A stretch of 64,000 bases of DNA from Utricularia gibba (GCA_002189035.1 NEEC01000002.1:5518001-5582000); one strand, 5' to 3'. Counted from the first letter of the stretch, positions 1 to 12,600 are shown. Program-made: numbers and translations. The notes: generated by a model not told the origin, from the letters alone.

Positions 1-212
1 ATTTCTATAACATATATAATTTTATCAATTACCAAATCTAAATTTTTGTGGTGTATTTGAAATGATTTTTTTTTTTTGGAAAAAAAAAAGAGAGCGAATT
101 GGTTGAAATCAGCAGTGAGTTGTCCCATAAATTTCACGCCTGTCCCACACCGAAAACATGAATAATGCGCCTATATATATACATAATCCCAACTCAGCAG
201 TGAGTTGAGCAA

Positions 213-455
213 ATGGCGAAAGGCGTCATTGACAGCGTGAAGAAGTACTGCAGGAAACTCAAATGCCGCATAAAACCACGGGGAAAAAGCGATGATTCCC
301 CAGCAACTTCGCCTGTTTTCTGTGACGAGCTTTTCGAGGCATCCAAGCCGACGACGACGCGGACGCGGGTTCTGGACGGCGAGAGCGGCCTCCTCCTCTG
401 CCACCACATTGCCGCTCAGAGGCATTTCAGTATGCGCCCTAATATTTATATTTGA
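213..455 (+). CDS. Possible small unknown protein (80 aa), intronless
   Basis: ATG at 213 lies about 40 bp after a TATA-like TATATATATA (172-181) in a GC-richer island, followed by AT-rich intergenic DNA. No family recognised; competing ORFs on the opposite strand. Confidence 0.3.
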   Translation: MAKGVIDSVKKYCRKLKCRIKPRGKSDDSPATSPVFCDELFEASKPTTTRTRVLDGESGLLLCHHIAAQRHFSMRPNIYI

Positions 456-1311
456 GTGACAAATGGATTTGCGTAGCTGCTTAATGGATCTTATTTTTCA
501 TTTCAACTGGAAGTACTTTTCATCACATGCTTTCATTTGGCCGAAAAAAAAATAGAAATAGAACATCACTTCTTATGTTTAATACTTGTCACTCTTGTGT
601 GAAATTTAATCATAAGAATTTATTTTTGAGAATTGATTATAAGATTGAAATTATAATTATATTTATTCTTATAAATAATTATACTTAATACTATTATAAA
701 TAATTTAATTACTTTATTTTTAAATTATAATTTTAATATAAATATATTTAAATTGAAAGTAGTTATATAAATTATAATTTAAAATCATATGGTATTTTAT
801 AATATAAATGATAAACAATACCTATTTTTTAAAGTTATAAATTTATAAAATATAATTATTAATAATTATATAATTTGTTTATTAAAATTAATTCTCATTT
901 TTTATACTCATGAATTCATTTTATAATAATCATTTTAAAAAATATTTTCAAATATATATCAACTCTTATTCTATCAAAATTTTAGATTATGTTAAAATCA
1001 ATTTTAAAGTAATTTTTCCAAATGTAACTTCAGTTTTCTCTTTGATCGGTTCTATGGCTTCTTACAAGTGCAACAATGGCAATAGGAGTTAACAAAAGTG
1101 AGCCTAAAAGCCCGTGGAGATCAAAAGCAATTCAATGAGGAAATTAAACAACTTCCTCAAAATCCAAAGTCAACCAATCCTAATATTCTTTTTCAACAAC
1201 GACGAGATAAGAAACCAAAGCCTACAACATAAGAATCCATTCTTTGGGAAAGGAGTTTCTTGATATTGGATCTGCTCTCAAGTGAAACATTTATGTGATT
1301 CAATTCATAGT

Positions 1312-1368
1312 GAGCCCGTACAGGGCCCACGTTGCTTTAGAAGCCCGGTTCCAACAGTATATATAAAA
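1312..1368 (+). promoter_or_regulatory. Promoter of the snoRNA cluster: site II-like element and TATA box
   Basis: GGGCCCA at 1323-1329 and TATATATAAAA at 1358-1368, about 160 bp upstream of the first C/D snoRNA. Site II plus TATA is typical of plant snoRNA and ribosomal protein promoters. Confidence 0.6.
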
Positions 1369-1529
1369 GAGCCCTAGAAGTCTTGGGCGTTCCTGAACTT
1401 TTGAAATCTGTGCCTTGCGGTTCACTCCCTCAGCCGCTCGTGAATTTCAGAAATCTGCCCCGTTCCTTCGTTTTCTTCTGTAGATTAATGTTTCTTGGTT
1501 CGGATTTTTCTCTTTTTCTTGTTTTCGTC

Positions 1530-1613
1530 TGCGTGCAGTGATGATCCAAATTATGTGGACTAGAGTTTCTGATCTTGCAATTGAAGACTAACCCTTGGCT
1601 GTCTGAGTACGCA
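1530..1613 (+). ncRNA. snoR37: C/D box snoRNA, double guide for 25S rRNA (snoR37-like)
   Basis: C box GTGATGA 1538-1544, D' CTGA 1569-1572, D CTGA 1603-1606, terminal stem TGCGT/ACGCA. Guide GGACTAGAGT (1557-1566) is antisense to 25S ACUCUAGUCC; guide CCCTTGGCTGT (1592-1602) is antisense to 25S ACAGCCAAGGG. The name is from memory. Confidence 0.85.
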
Positions 1614-1713
1614 TTTTTGTTGTACTAGTTTGCTTTTACTTTTTTATCTTTCTCCAAAATTCGTCTTCTGTCGGGTTTTTCAATCCCATTGCACCCCAAT
1701 TTTCTAGGTATCT

Positions 1714-1797
1714 GGCTTGTGATGATGAACGATTTATCTTAGCGGATTTCAGTGAGATTTTTTCATCAATGATCTGATTGTTACACACACTGAAGCC
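1714..1797 (+). ncRNA. snoR22: C/D box snoRNA, double guide for 25S rRNA (snoR22-like)
   Basis: C box GTGATGA 1719-1725, D CTGA 1790-1793, stem GGCT/AGCC. CTTAGCGGAT (1738-1747) and TTGTTACACAC (1778-1788) are antisense to adjacent parts of 25S AUCCGCUAAGGAGUGUGUAACAA. Confidence 0.85.
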
Positions 1798-1860
1798 TCA
1801 TATAAGTTTCCATTTTTCTGTTATATTAGTTTGGTTAGATTTTTCCATCCACGATATTTT

Positions 1861-1956
1861 TGCAATGATGAGGTTAACCACCATTTTGGTGTTGATGGCA
1901 GTGGATTCATATCCGTGAGCCATTCTTACTAACGACTTCTCCTTCCACTGAGCATT
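1861..1956 (+). ncRNA. snoR23: C/D box snoRNA guiding 18S rRNA 3'-end methylation (snoR23-like)
   Basis: C box ATGATGA 1865-1871, D CTGA 1948-1951. The 15-nt guide ACGACTTCTCCTTCC (1932-1946) is antisense to plant 18S GGAAGGAGAAGUCGU. Confidence 0.85.
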
Positions 1957-1989
1957 GTAGCTACTGGTCCGTTTTATTTTATTGAAGCA

Positions 1990-2119
1990 GCGTCCATTAC
2001 CAATTCTGGGGGTGACTGGTTCCCCTTGGCATAATGGCTCGGACGCAAGATGGCATTGTGGTTATCCTGATTCATTGGCTTTTCGATTCATGCTTTTGGA
2101 TCCTGGAAACGCCACAAAT
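1990..2119 (+). ncRNA. H/ACA box snoRNA candidate (possibly snoR80-like)
   Basis: Hairpin 1 is closed by GCGTCC (1990-1995)/GGACGC (2041-2046) with an inner CCAA..GGGG/CCCC..TTGG stem. Hinge AGATGG is a non-canonical H box. A second hairpin is followed by ACA (2114-2116) plus 3 nt. It occupies the fourth position in the cluster. Confidence 0.6.
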
Positions 2120-3272
2120 ATCCTGCTTAAATATGCACAAATTGATTTCGTTGCTTTTCCAATGCGTCGTTTATTACTGGTTAACTCTCACTAAAAGAGT
2201 GAGGGATTTTTATGTTTCAAAAGCATAAACTATAAGCGGCACCTTTTCTTTCACCATGATACTACCTGTCTCCTGTGACATCTCTGTTTCTCTTTCAGCG
2301 CATAACATCAAGCATGATGAATCTGAAAGCTCGAGTCTGGACTTGTAGGGATCAAGGTAACATGCCGTCTGTTTTCGCCCATCGAGAGCAACTAGTCTTT
2401 TTAGCAACCTGACGTGTTGGAGCACTTAAGGCGTGTGTTGCTGTGTTGGTTTTTGGTGTGTTAAAACCATTTGGAATTCTTCAAGGGCATGATAACTCAC
2501 ATACCGTAAACGCTTGTACATGCAGTGAATTTGGACAGCTGATTCCAATGATATGCCTAGGAGCCTTCATGCTACAACTTCATCCATCCTTCGACAGCTC
2601 TAGCCAGGACTCTCTACTGACGTCACCAGCGTGTTTTCGGGTGCATCAAAACATGGCCATTGAGGAGGAGAGCCATGCTTTTTCCGGTGACAACAAAGTT
2701 TTTCCGGCGGTCCTTGGATGGTACTCCGGCGTCTATCCCCGCTTCTAGCACTTCATCGCGCATTCAGTAGATGCCTGCCGCCGGTGATTGACATGTGTGA
2801 CTTGTATTATTACTATTAATATTTGTATTTAGAGTTACTGAGTGACTTTTATTTTACATTTTAATTGTAATATAAATTTATTTTTAGAGTAAATAGAATA
2901 AGACGGGATGCGACTAGGGCTACGCGGACCCAATAGACAGTGTGTTTGGATCAGAGGATTCCTACTGCTTGGGTTCTGCGATAATCCTTTATTTTTTTTT
3001 TTATCGGGTCGTCAAAGAGCATAAAATAAGTTAACTTGCGATGCGAGGCGCTCGAATTGAAAAAAACGGGAATTGCTCGCTCACATTCGCTTCCACGCCT
3101 CTCTATTCATTTCTCTCGATCCCTTCTCTGCTTGTAGCTGCTCGGGCCTTCGTCTCTGTCTCCCGGCATATCTCGACCTTCTCCATTGCTGATCTCTTCT
3201 CTCGTTTCACGTACTTCGCGGATCCCACTCCGTCCCCGCTCCCGTAAGGCCAACTTGTAAGTCTCAGATTCA

Positions 3273-3280
3273 AAACCCTA
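3273..3280 (+). promoter_or_regulatory. Telo-box (AAACCCTA) in the ATXR3 5' leader/intron region
   Basis: Exact AAACCCTA motif shortly after the CT-rich putative TSS region (about 3100-3250). Confidence 0.45.
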
Positions 3281-3601
3281 AGACCGCCTGGAGAAGTTTG
3301 TTTCTCTTTCCGGTTGACATATCAATCGTTTCAATTATTCGGTGGGGATTTGACGGGTGTTATTGCTGCTCCAAATCCGAGAGCTCTCCAACCTTTTACG
3401 GTAGTGTGGGGGTTTAATTTTATTTGGGTTTTTGGGTAATGGTGTTTCAAATGATTTTGATCTTTTGCAGGTGGTTTTCGTGGTAGCAGGATACGAGAGG
3501 GAGAGCGTACTGGAAATTGAGGTATGAGCATACATAGCCCTGGGGAAGACGAGGATTAGTTATCGTTTGTTGGTGGGGAAAGAGTTCTCTTGGGGCTTTC
3601 C

Positions 3602-6600
3602 ATGGGCGATGGAGGTGTTGCATGTGCGCCTTCTCCTGCCATGGATAAGTTTTCAGTTTGCGGGGGTAGCACCAGCGGCAATACCAAAGTGGGTACTTCT
3701 TCAAAATCCATTAAGCTGGTGAAAGTCGTTAAAGTGGTGAAGGTGGTCAAAGTGAAGAAGAAGATGAAAGTTAAGAAGGATAAGGGCAGTGACGCTGGGA
3801 CGAAAAATCCAACAAGCGTCAATAATGACAATGGTGAGGGCACTTCTAATGGTGATGCTTGCACTGGTGGCAATGCGGAGGAAATGGAAGAGGGTGAGCT
3901 GGGGACTCTACCAGTTGAGAATGGGCAACTTCCTCTAGAAAAGGACCCAGGATGTTATGAGATTAAGAGTGAGCTTGAGCAGGGTGAATCTGTCTCCGGT
4001 CAGTGCCAGAAAAGTGTTGACTTAGACAAGCGAGATAGCAGGACATCTACTGATGACTTGGAGAAGGGGGAGTTTATTCCGGATAGATGTCACAGAAGTG
4101 ATTCTGTAAATAGAATTGATGAACATGGCTTGCCAAAGGCACGGAGATATGATACTGTAAGAGATGAAGGTTCTCGAAGTGATCGTGAACGGAGGGCATC
4201 ATTGATAATGAAATGATCCCGCATTCATCGTGTAAGCATTCTTATGAAAAAGAATTAGGCAGAAGTCCGCATGAAAGGAAGTTTTCTTCCAGATATCTAG
4301 GTGAGAAGACCCCTTGGACATGTTCCAAAGTGGGGGAAGAAAATTCGATGAAGAATGAACAGAACGACACTAAAGGTCATGGAAGGGAATACGTCTCTAG
4401 CAATCGTTTGAAACGTAATGCTGATGATTCTGTCAGTGTCACCAGGAAACACCACACTGGCCATGAGGAGCATTCTAGTTCAAAAACCCGAAGACTTTCG
4501 AATGATAGCAGCCGCTCTTCTTTTTATTCAGATCACCGTTCTGGAAAGTCTGTGGAAAGGCCATTTAAGACAGTTGCTCCTCCATCTAGGAATGCTCAAT
4601 CAGATAAGTATTCCTCAAAATATATAGAGCCTTTGAAAGGTGGTCATGACAAGCACACTAGCAGTCCACATAATCCTCAGAGGTCTCCACGAGATCGGGC
4701 TCAGTTCCACGATTACCGAGACCGCAGCCCAAACTTTTATGAGTCCCATGCTGATCAGAGACATCTGCATGATAGAAATGGGTCTCAGGAGCACACCCGG
4801 CGTCATGACAGCAGCAGGTACAGAAGTCCAAGTTATGTCGAGAGGTCATCTCGTGATCATGGACGAAACCGTGATGGAAGGGAGAAGACACCAACTTCTT
4901 CAGATCGGTCACCATGTTCCAGAGGGCAGTATAGTGATCAGTGGGAAGCACCTAGGAAATCTGGTTCTGGGAGAAGCGGCATATTCAAGGAACCAAGGGG
5001 TCGGGAGGAAAGTGTGAGTCAAGAGAATCAAAGACATCCAAGGAATTTCAAGTCAAGGGAAATGTTGAAAATAGAGATTCCTGCTCTGGAAAACCACTTT
5101 CTCATGACGATGTGACTCCAGTCTTTGATAATGCAGAATATTCCCAGGAAAATGAAGTTACTGTGGAGACAGCTCCCATGGAAGTAGACATGGAAATCTG
5201 CAACACTCCACCTCACGTCCCGGCATCAATGGATACCACTTCTGGAAAGTGGTACTACCTGGATCACTTTGGGATGGAGTGCGGTCCTTCTAATTTGTGT
5301 GATCTGAAAACACTTGTGGATGAAGGATATCTCGTCTCTGATCACCTCATTAAACATTCAGATAGTGATAGGTGGGTAACAGTGGAAAAAGCAGTCTCTC
5401 CAGTGGTTACTGGAATTTCCCTTTCAGTTGTTTCAGACATTGTTACTCAGCTTGCATCTCCTCCTGAGGCTCCTGGCAATCTCCTGGAGGATAGTGGAAA
5501 CATGATGTGTGTGGACGAAATCCTGGGATCTCATCTTGGTATCTCACCAAACAGCCACTTTTCGGACATCAGACCTTTGGAAGATTACCAAATTGACAAC
5601 AGAGTTGGAGCGCTCTTAGGCGATGCTAATTTAATAAGTGGGAAGGAAGTTGAGATTCTTGAAGGTCTGCATGCTATTCTGCAGTATAACTCATTGTGAC
5701 ATTGCATGCTTTGAGTTGGCTTTTAGGGCCTTTTTGAGATTTTTGAATGCTGCAATCCATTGCATTAATATAACTCATTGTGATATATGTATTTTCTAGA
5801 AAATAAGCCATTTAACTGATTTTCTAATTTTGTGGTCGTAAAACAAGGTGTCTTGATATTGTGTATGAGCAGTATTTCGTTCATGCTTTTCAAAGACCAA
5901 CTTTCATTGCTTGAATTCTAATTATATGTATTCTGTCTTGCAGACTTGCTGAGTGTCAAATATGGACAGGGGGGATGGGAGAGAGCACTAAATATTGAAG
6001 GTAGTTAGTTATCCCTAATTGTTGTTACCTTTCCTTTGGGTATTACTTCTTCATTTAAGAACTTGTTTCGTAACTGTTTGTCCATCAAGCAATGCAATTG
6101 GGTGCTTAGCTGGATTCACTAATTAGTACTACCTTGGTTCATGTTGACATCACTATCTTTAGTCTTTGCCTTGCAGTGCTGCAGGATTTGTTGTAGTGAT
6201 GCTTTAGATCTTGCTTGTAGTACAAAGACTTTATGCTGTATTTTCTTTTTATATGCAGTCTTTGTTTATATCTAGCAAAAAGTTTTGTACTTTATTCGTC
6301 AGGGATGTGGGGCTAGTTGTTAGTTTCTAGTGAAAGGGAAGTAAGAGGCGAAATAATGATTGTATCTCTAACCGCAGAACTACTTTCTGAGGACTCCAAG
6401 TCAATCTCAGATATTAATTTCTCCGATGAGATGGATAGTGCGTCTCTTTGTGGTGGCACATCACAGAGTTTTAATGGGAAATGGCCTTGTAAGGGGTGTG
6501 ACTGGAAGTGGAATGAGGAAGCTAATCAGGAACTATGCTGGAAGAAGAAGCTCGTTCTAAATGATGGATATCCACTGTGCCAAGCCCTCAAGTCTGGCAG

Positions 6601-9600
6601 TGAAGATCCCCGTTGGGAGCAAAAGGATGATTTATACTACCCATCACAGAGCAAAAGGCTTGACCTGCCATATTGGGCTTTTACTTGTCCTGATGACTTG
6701 GTTGATCCCTATGGTACAAACAAATCAATGCAGAATAGGTCTGTTGCTGCTCGAGGAGTGAAAGGATTAATGCTTCCTGTGATCAGGATTAATGCGTGTG
6801 TGGTGAAGGACTATGGGTCTTTTGTGTCTGAACCCCGTGGTCAGGTCAGGAGTAAAGACAGATTTTCTTCGAAGCTTCCACGAACAGTTTCAACAGTTGA
6901 TGTGCAGAGGTTATCAATGGATGGTCGGGTAGATGTCTCTCATGAAATGGATTCAGTGGATTCCCAGGAGAAGAGTATATCCATGGATGTTGAAAGGAAG
7001 CCTCTTTGTAAACTAGATGATCTAAAGTTGCCATTAGGTGATTGGTATTATCTTGATGGTGCTGGACAGGAAAGAGGACCATTTACTTTCTCAAAGTTGC
7101 AGATGATGGCTGAAGAAGGTGCAATTCAAATGCACAGCAGTGCTTTTCGAAAAAGTGATAATATTTGGATTCCGGTTTCTGCACAGACCGAGAGCAATGA
7201 AATCAGCAAGGATGAGAAAAAAAGCACCAGTTCCGATTCTTTCTCAGAGATGGGAGCTGTTGCATTGACTGAAGACCATAGAACTGCTAGTTTCCATGGC
7301 TTGCATCCTCAGTTTATTGGATATACACGAGGGAAGCTTCATGAACTAGTAATGAAGTCTTACAAGAGTCGGGAGCTTGCTGCTGCCATAAATGAAGTTC
7401 TTGATCCTTGGCTCAGTGCCAGACAACCGAAGAAGGAAATTGAGAAGTACACTCACAGCACAGGTATTATTCCTCTCCCTCAAGTTACCATGCAGGGTTT
7501 CTTTTTCCCATGAATACCACATTCAGTTTCATGTTTCTTGAATAACATGAAAAAAATATTGCTCCTTCGCATCTCTTGTGAATTTTTCATGCCTTTTTAT
7601 GTTGATCTTGTTTCCATTATGATCTAATTGGCTTTTAAACATTTCCAGTTTTGTTCATGGTTTGTATTTGATTTTGAAAAAGCAATATTGATTTGCAGAT
7701 TGGAAAGCAGCCAGGATTCATGGCTTTGGTGGTGATGATTATGATGACGATGACTTAGTGTTTTCTCACTCTGTCGACTTGGAATATGATGAGTTGTGTG
7801 CGAAATCTACCTTAAAGACTGATGATGAACTATACTCAGATTTTAAGCAGGAAAGCTGGGCTATGCTTGATAGACATGTACTCGCTAGGGTACTTCACTT
7901 CCTGAGAGGTGATGCTAAGTCACTTTTTTATGCTTCTTTGACGTGCAAGCGCTGGCAGTCAGTGGTTACTCTTTATAAAGGAATCTCTAGACGGGTTGAC
8001 TTTTGCTGTATTGGCACTAATTGCTCTGACATTCTGGTCATGAAAATAATGGTATGTTATATTTTTGTTTTGCAATCTCGTTTCTGTTGAAGTTAAAAGT
8101 TACAATTTTTTTCATTGTGTCCTGAAAACATATTATTTCACTGTGCAGAACGATTATAACAAAGAAAAGGTTACATCCTTAGTGTTGCGTGGTTGCACTG
8201 CTGTCAGTTACAACATAGTTGAGGAGTTTCTACCGTCATTTCCAAACTTATCAGTTATAGATATTAGAGGTTGTTCCCAGCTTGATGATTTGGTGCCCAA
8301 GTTTTCTAACATCAATTGGGTTAGAAGTCGTAGTTCTTATTCGAAACACCGTAGTGTTAATCACTTATCCTCTAATGAGACGGATGACTCCAGTGGCCTT
8401 AGGGAATATTTAGAAAGCTCTGATAGGAGAGACTCAGCAACTCAGTTGTTTCGCCGAAGTTTGTATAAAAGATCGAAGCTCTTTGATGCTCGGAAGTCTT
8501 CGGCTATCCTGTATAGGGATGCTGAGTTAAGGCGCTTGGCTGTTAAAAAGTCTGGAAATGCTTACAGGAAATTTGAGAAGTATATAGTGGCAAGTCTAAG
8601 AGATATCATGCGAGAGAATTCCTTTGAGTTTTTTGAGACCAAGGTGCTGTAAGAATATTTAATTTGATTAATGTTCATCGATCATATGGTCTTTGGATTT
8701 TGGTATTTATTTTCCTTTTTTTTTTGCTTAGATTTCCTTTATTGAGGAAAGAATGAGAAATGGCTATTATGCTAGTCGTGGTATAATCTCTGTCAAGGAT
8801 GATATCAGCCGTATGTGCCGGGATGCAATTAGGTAAAACACACTTATATATGGTTACTCTTTCTGCATTTTGTTGATAAAATGTTCGCATTGTCGGATGG
8901 TTCACTAGAAATCTTGTCCTTCATATTATATATTTGTATAGTGGTAGCAACTTAAAAATGTGGTGCATAATCTGGGGTGTATTGTTATGCGCTGTTGACA
9001 TGGTATACATGTATTGTGCTTCAGAGTTAATACTGTTTAAGATGAAAGAGGAATTTTACTTGGTTTTTTATTTTTATGCGTGTTCTTTACTCTACGGATT
9101 CTGGTGGAAGTGTACCATAAATAAGATGAATTTTGTGCAGAATAAAGAATAGGGTAGATGCAAGAGAGATGAATCGTGTTGTGTCATTATTTCTACAACT
9201 AGTCACAAGTTTGGATAAGGGCTCAAAGTTGGATTATGGACGAGATGCTGTGAAAGATCTTAAAGATGAATCACGCTTGGGATTTTCTTCTGTTGCCTCA
9301 AAGTATAAGCAGATTACGAGTAAGGCATTTGAAAGGAAACAGTCCTGCAGGAGCACTGGCAATCATCCCAATGGTCTTTTTGATTCTGCAGACTATGCTT
9401 CCGATCGTGAAATCCGAAGGCGGTTATCCAAATTAAACAAAAAATCATTGGATTCTGGAAGTGACACATCTGATGATTTTGACAAGTCATCTGATGCAAG
9501 TAGGTTTGACAGTGAGAGTTCTGTTTCAGAAACAGACAATGATATTGAGTTGCCATCTGAAGGCGTTTGTGAATCACGAGGGGAGGCATTCTTTGTATCT

Positions 9601-12600
9601 GATGATGGTTTGGATTCCATGCCTGATGAGCGTGAGTGGGGAGCTCGCATGACCAAGACAAGTCTTGTGCCTCCTGTCACAAGAACTTATGAAGTGATTG
9701 ACCAGTATATTATTGTAGATGACGAGGATGAAGTCCGAAGAAAAATGCAGGTTTCCTTGCCTGAGGATTATGCTGAGAAGGTTGCTGCTCAAAAAAATGG
9801 CACCGAGGAGTCTGACATGGAAATTCCCGAAGTGAAGGACTATCGGCCAAGAAAATCTCTTGGTAGTGAGGTTATTGAGCAAGAAGTTTATGGCATTGAT
9901 CCTTATACACACAATCTTCTTCTTGATTCCATGCCTGAGGAATCAGACTGGTCGCTTGTTGACAAGCATTTGTTTATTGAAGAAGTGCTCCTTCGTGCTT
10001 TAAACAAAAAAGTCAGGGAATTCACTGGCTCTGGAAACACTCCCATGATATTTCCTTTAAGATCTGTGTTTGAGGAAATACTGAAAATTTCTGATGAAAA
10101 TAATGACGTAAGAATGGTGCATCTTTGCCAGTTTATAATGAAGGCCATTGATAGTCGGCCAGATGACAATTATGTGGCTTATAGAAAGGTTCACTATCAT
10201 TTTTCGCCTTATTACAGCATTTTCCTCACCTTGTGGTGTAGTTTACTCCGCTGACTGCAATTCCTGTTATCAGGGGCTTGGAGTTGTTTGCAACAAGGAA
10301 GGCGGCTTTGCTGAAGATGATTTTATAGTTGAATTTTTGGGAGAGGTACTGCTACTGTCATTACCTTAAAAACACCATATAGATTTTCCTTATTCAGATT
10401 CAGATATTCTTCAAAATGTTGATATTATTTAGGATGTTTATTTTTTATTTTTAGCTGCGCCGCTCTATAGTGTTTGAAGGCGAAGTATTTTGTCAACTAT
10501 GATTGATTTAGATTGTTACTGGTTGAAAGAGGACCAGTCTATCACTTTGTTAGCATGCACACCAAGGAATCTGTGGAAGCCTGGTGCTAAATGTTTGCAT
10601 GAAAGTTCTACAAAATTATCAACCACTTTGATGCCCGCTCCCCCCTCCCTGTTTCCTGTTGGTTTCATTTCTTGTGTCTAGTAATGTGCATCGTATGCTG
10701 ACATGATGCTATGTTTCCTTCCTCCTGTCGCTGCATCAAAGGTCTATCCCACATGGAAGTGGTTTGAAAAGCAAGATGGGATCCGTGCTTTGCAAAAAAA
10801 TTTTAATGATCCAGCGCCAGAATTCTACAACATATACTTGGAGAGGCCCAAGGTATAATATGCTATAAAAATGATCTAATTCCAAATTCATCCTTGTTTA
10901 GCATGGCAGGCTTTCCCGAGATGATTAATTTTGCCATTTATTTATTTATTTTAGAGATCCTTTTCCTTCTTTTCAGGGTGATGCTGATGGCTATGATCTA
11001 GTTGTTGTTGATGCAATGCACAAGGCGAACTATGCAAGCCGTATTTGTCACTCTTGTCGACCTAACTGCGAAGCAAAGTATGCACATCATTTTCTTCCTC
11101 ATAATTCTTAATAATCTCACACAGTGATGGACAACTTGGTATCATCATTGTTTCTGTGGTGATATGTTTTTTGGTTTGTTTGTTTCATGTGAGAAGGGTC
11201 ACTGCTGTTGATGGACATTACCAAATTGGAATTTATTCTGTAAGGCCAATTGCCTTTGGGGAGGAAGTTACATTTGACTACAATTCTGTGACTGAGGTCA
11301 GTGATATTAAACCTTCAACTCTGTGTTTTTGGTGAACACATTTTTTTATTTTCTATAAATATGTAACCATGACAGAGTAAGGAAGAGTACGAGGCTTCTG
11401 TTTGTTTATGCGGCAACCAGGTTTGCCGTGGAAGTTATCTCAATCTAACAGGCGATGGGGCCTTCCAAAAGGTAATATTTTTCATATACTGTTTTCGTTT
11501 TTCCCAAGGATTTAACTCTTCTCATGTGTTTTTGTCTGATCTTGTTCATGTACCTTTTGGGAAAAAATTAATGTAATGATTTTTCGTAGGTGCTTAAAGA
11601 GCATCATGGATTACTTGATCGGCATTCCTTACTCCTGGAGGCTTGCGAACTCAATGCAGTATCTGAAGAAGATTATATCGATTTGGGCAAAGCCGGGCTT
11701 GGGAGTTGTTTATTAGGTGGTTTACCTGATTGGTTAATTGCCTATACAGCTCGTTTGGTATGCACCAACTTTTTAATATTTTCTTCTGTATATTAAAAAT
11801 AGGCAGAAAAAAACTAAGATTGGTACTTCATTTGTAGGTGAGGTTCATAAATCTTGAAAGGACAATGCTGCCTAACGAGATCCTTAAGCATAATATAGAA
11901 GAAAAGAAGAGATACTTTGCCGAAATAAACATGGAGGTTGAAAATAATGATGCTGAGATCCAGGTATTTAAAATAGAGTACCTTCGTATCTGTTGACTAT
12001 TATCCTCAGGTGCATCTTAAGTAATACTTAATATTAAATATTTGAACTACTGCTGCAGGCGGAGGGTGTTTTCAATCAGAGGCTTCAAAATTTGGCTCTT
12101 ACCATCGACAAGGTAATACTCCGTATTCACCCCCTTGGTGATTTCTTTGGTGTCCCGATGTTCGCATTGATCTGTATCTTCTTGTACTCACAGGTGAGGT
12201 ATGTCATGCGGTGTGTTTTTGGGGACCCCAAAAGAGCACCACCTCCATTGGAAAGGCTTAGTGCTGAAGCAGCTGTGTCATATATCTGGAAAGGAGAGGG
12301 GTCGGTTTTGGAAGAACTTATGCAATCAATAGCTCCTCATATTGATGATTCTGCAATGAGGGACTTCAAGGCGAGGATTTCTGCCCAGGATCCTTCAGAT
12401 TCTCATGATCCAGAGACCAAACTTCGAAAATCGTTGTTGTGGTATTAATCTCTGCAGAGTGCGTTGTAATTCACAAATGCTCTTTCCGCTTTTCATTCTT
12501 TCTGTATTTCAGGTTGAGAGATGAGATCCGGAACCTTCCTTGTACAGCTAAGAGTCGGCACGATGCTGCTGCTGACTTGATACACATATATGCTCATACA

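Noticed and set aside
1982-2228. ORFs 1982-2194 and 2034-2228 as proteins
   Set aside because: They overlap the H/ACA candidate and show no recognisable motif.
2200-2780. F-box (COI1/TIR1-like) pseudogene on the minus strand
   Set aside because: Only a few scattered residues resemble it (SKDRR, TRKH); no sustained alignment is visible.
3556-3873. Antisense ORF with a TTFTTLTT repeat
   Set aside because: Mirror of the Lys/Val low-complexity stretch in ATXR3 exon 1.
4157-4236. Cryptic 80-nt intron that would bypass the first ATXR3 frameshift
   Set aside because: It keeps the frame but is not U-rich, needs an AAG acceptor, and no such escape exists for the other two frameshifts. A single missing G is simpler.
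6303-6377. In-frame stop at the start of ATXR3 exon 3
   Set aside because: A better acceptor with a CTAAC branch-like motif at 6377 removes the stop.
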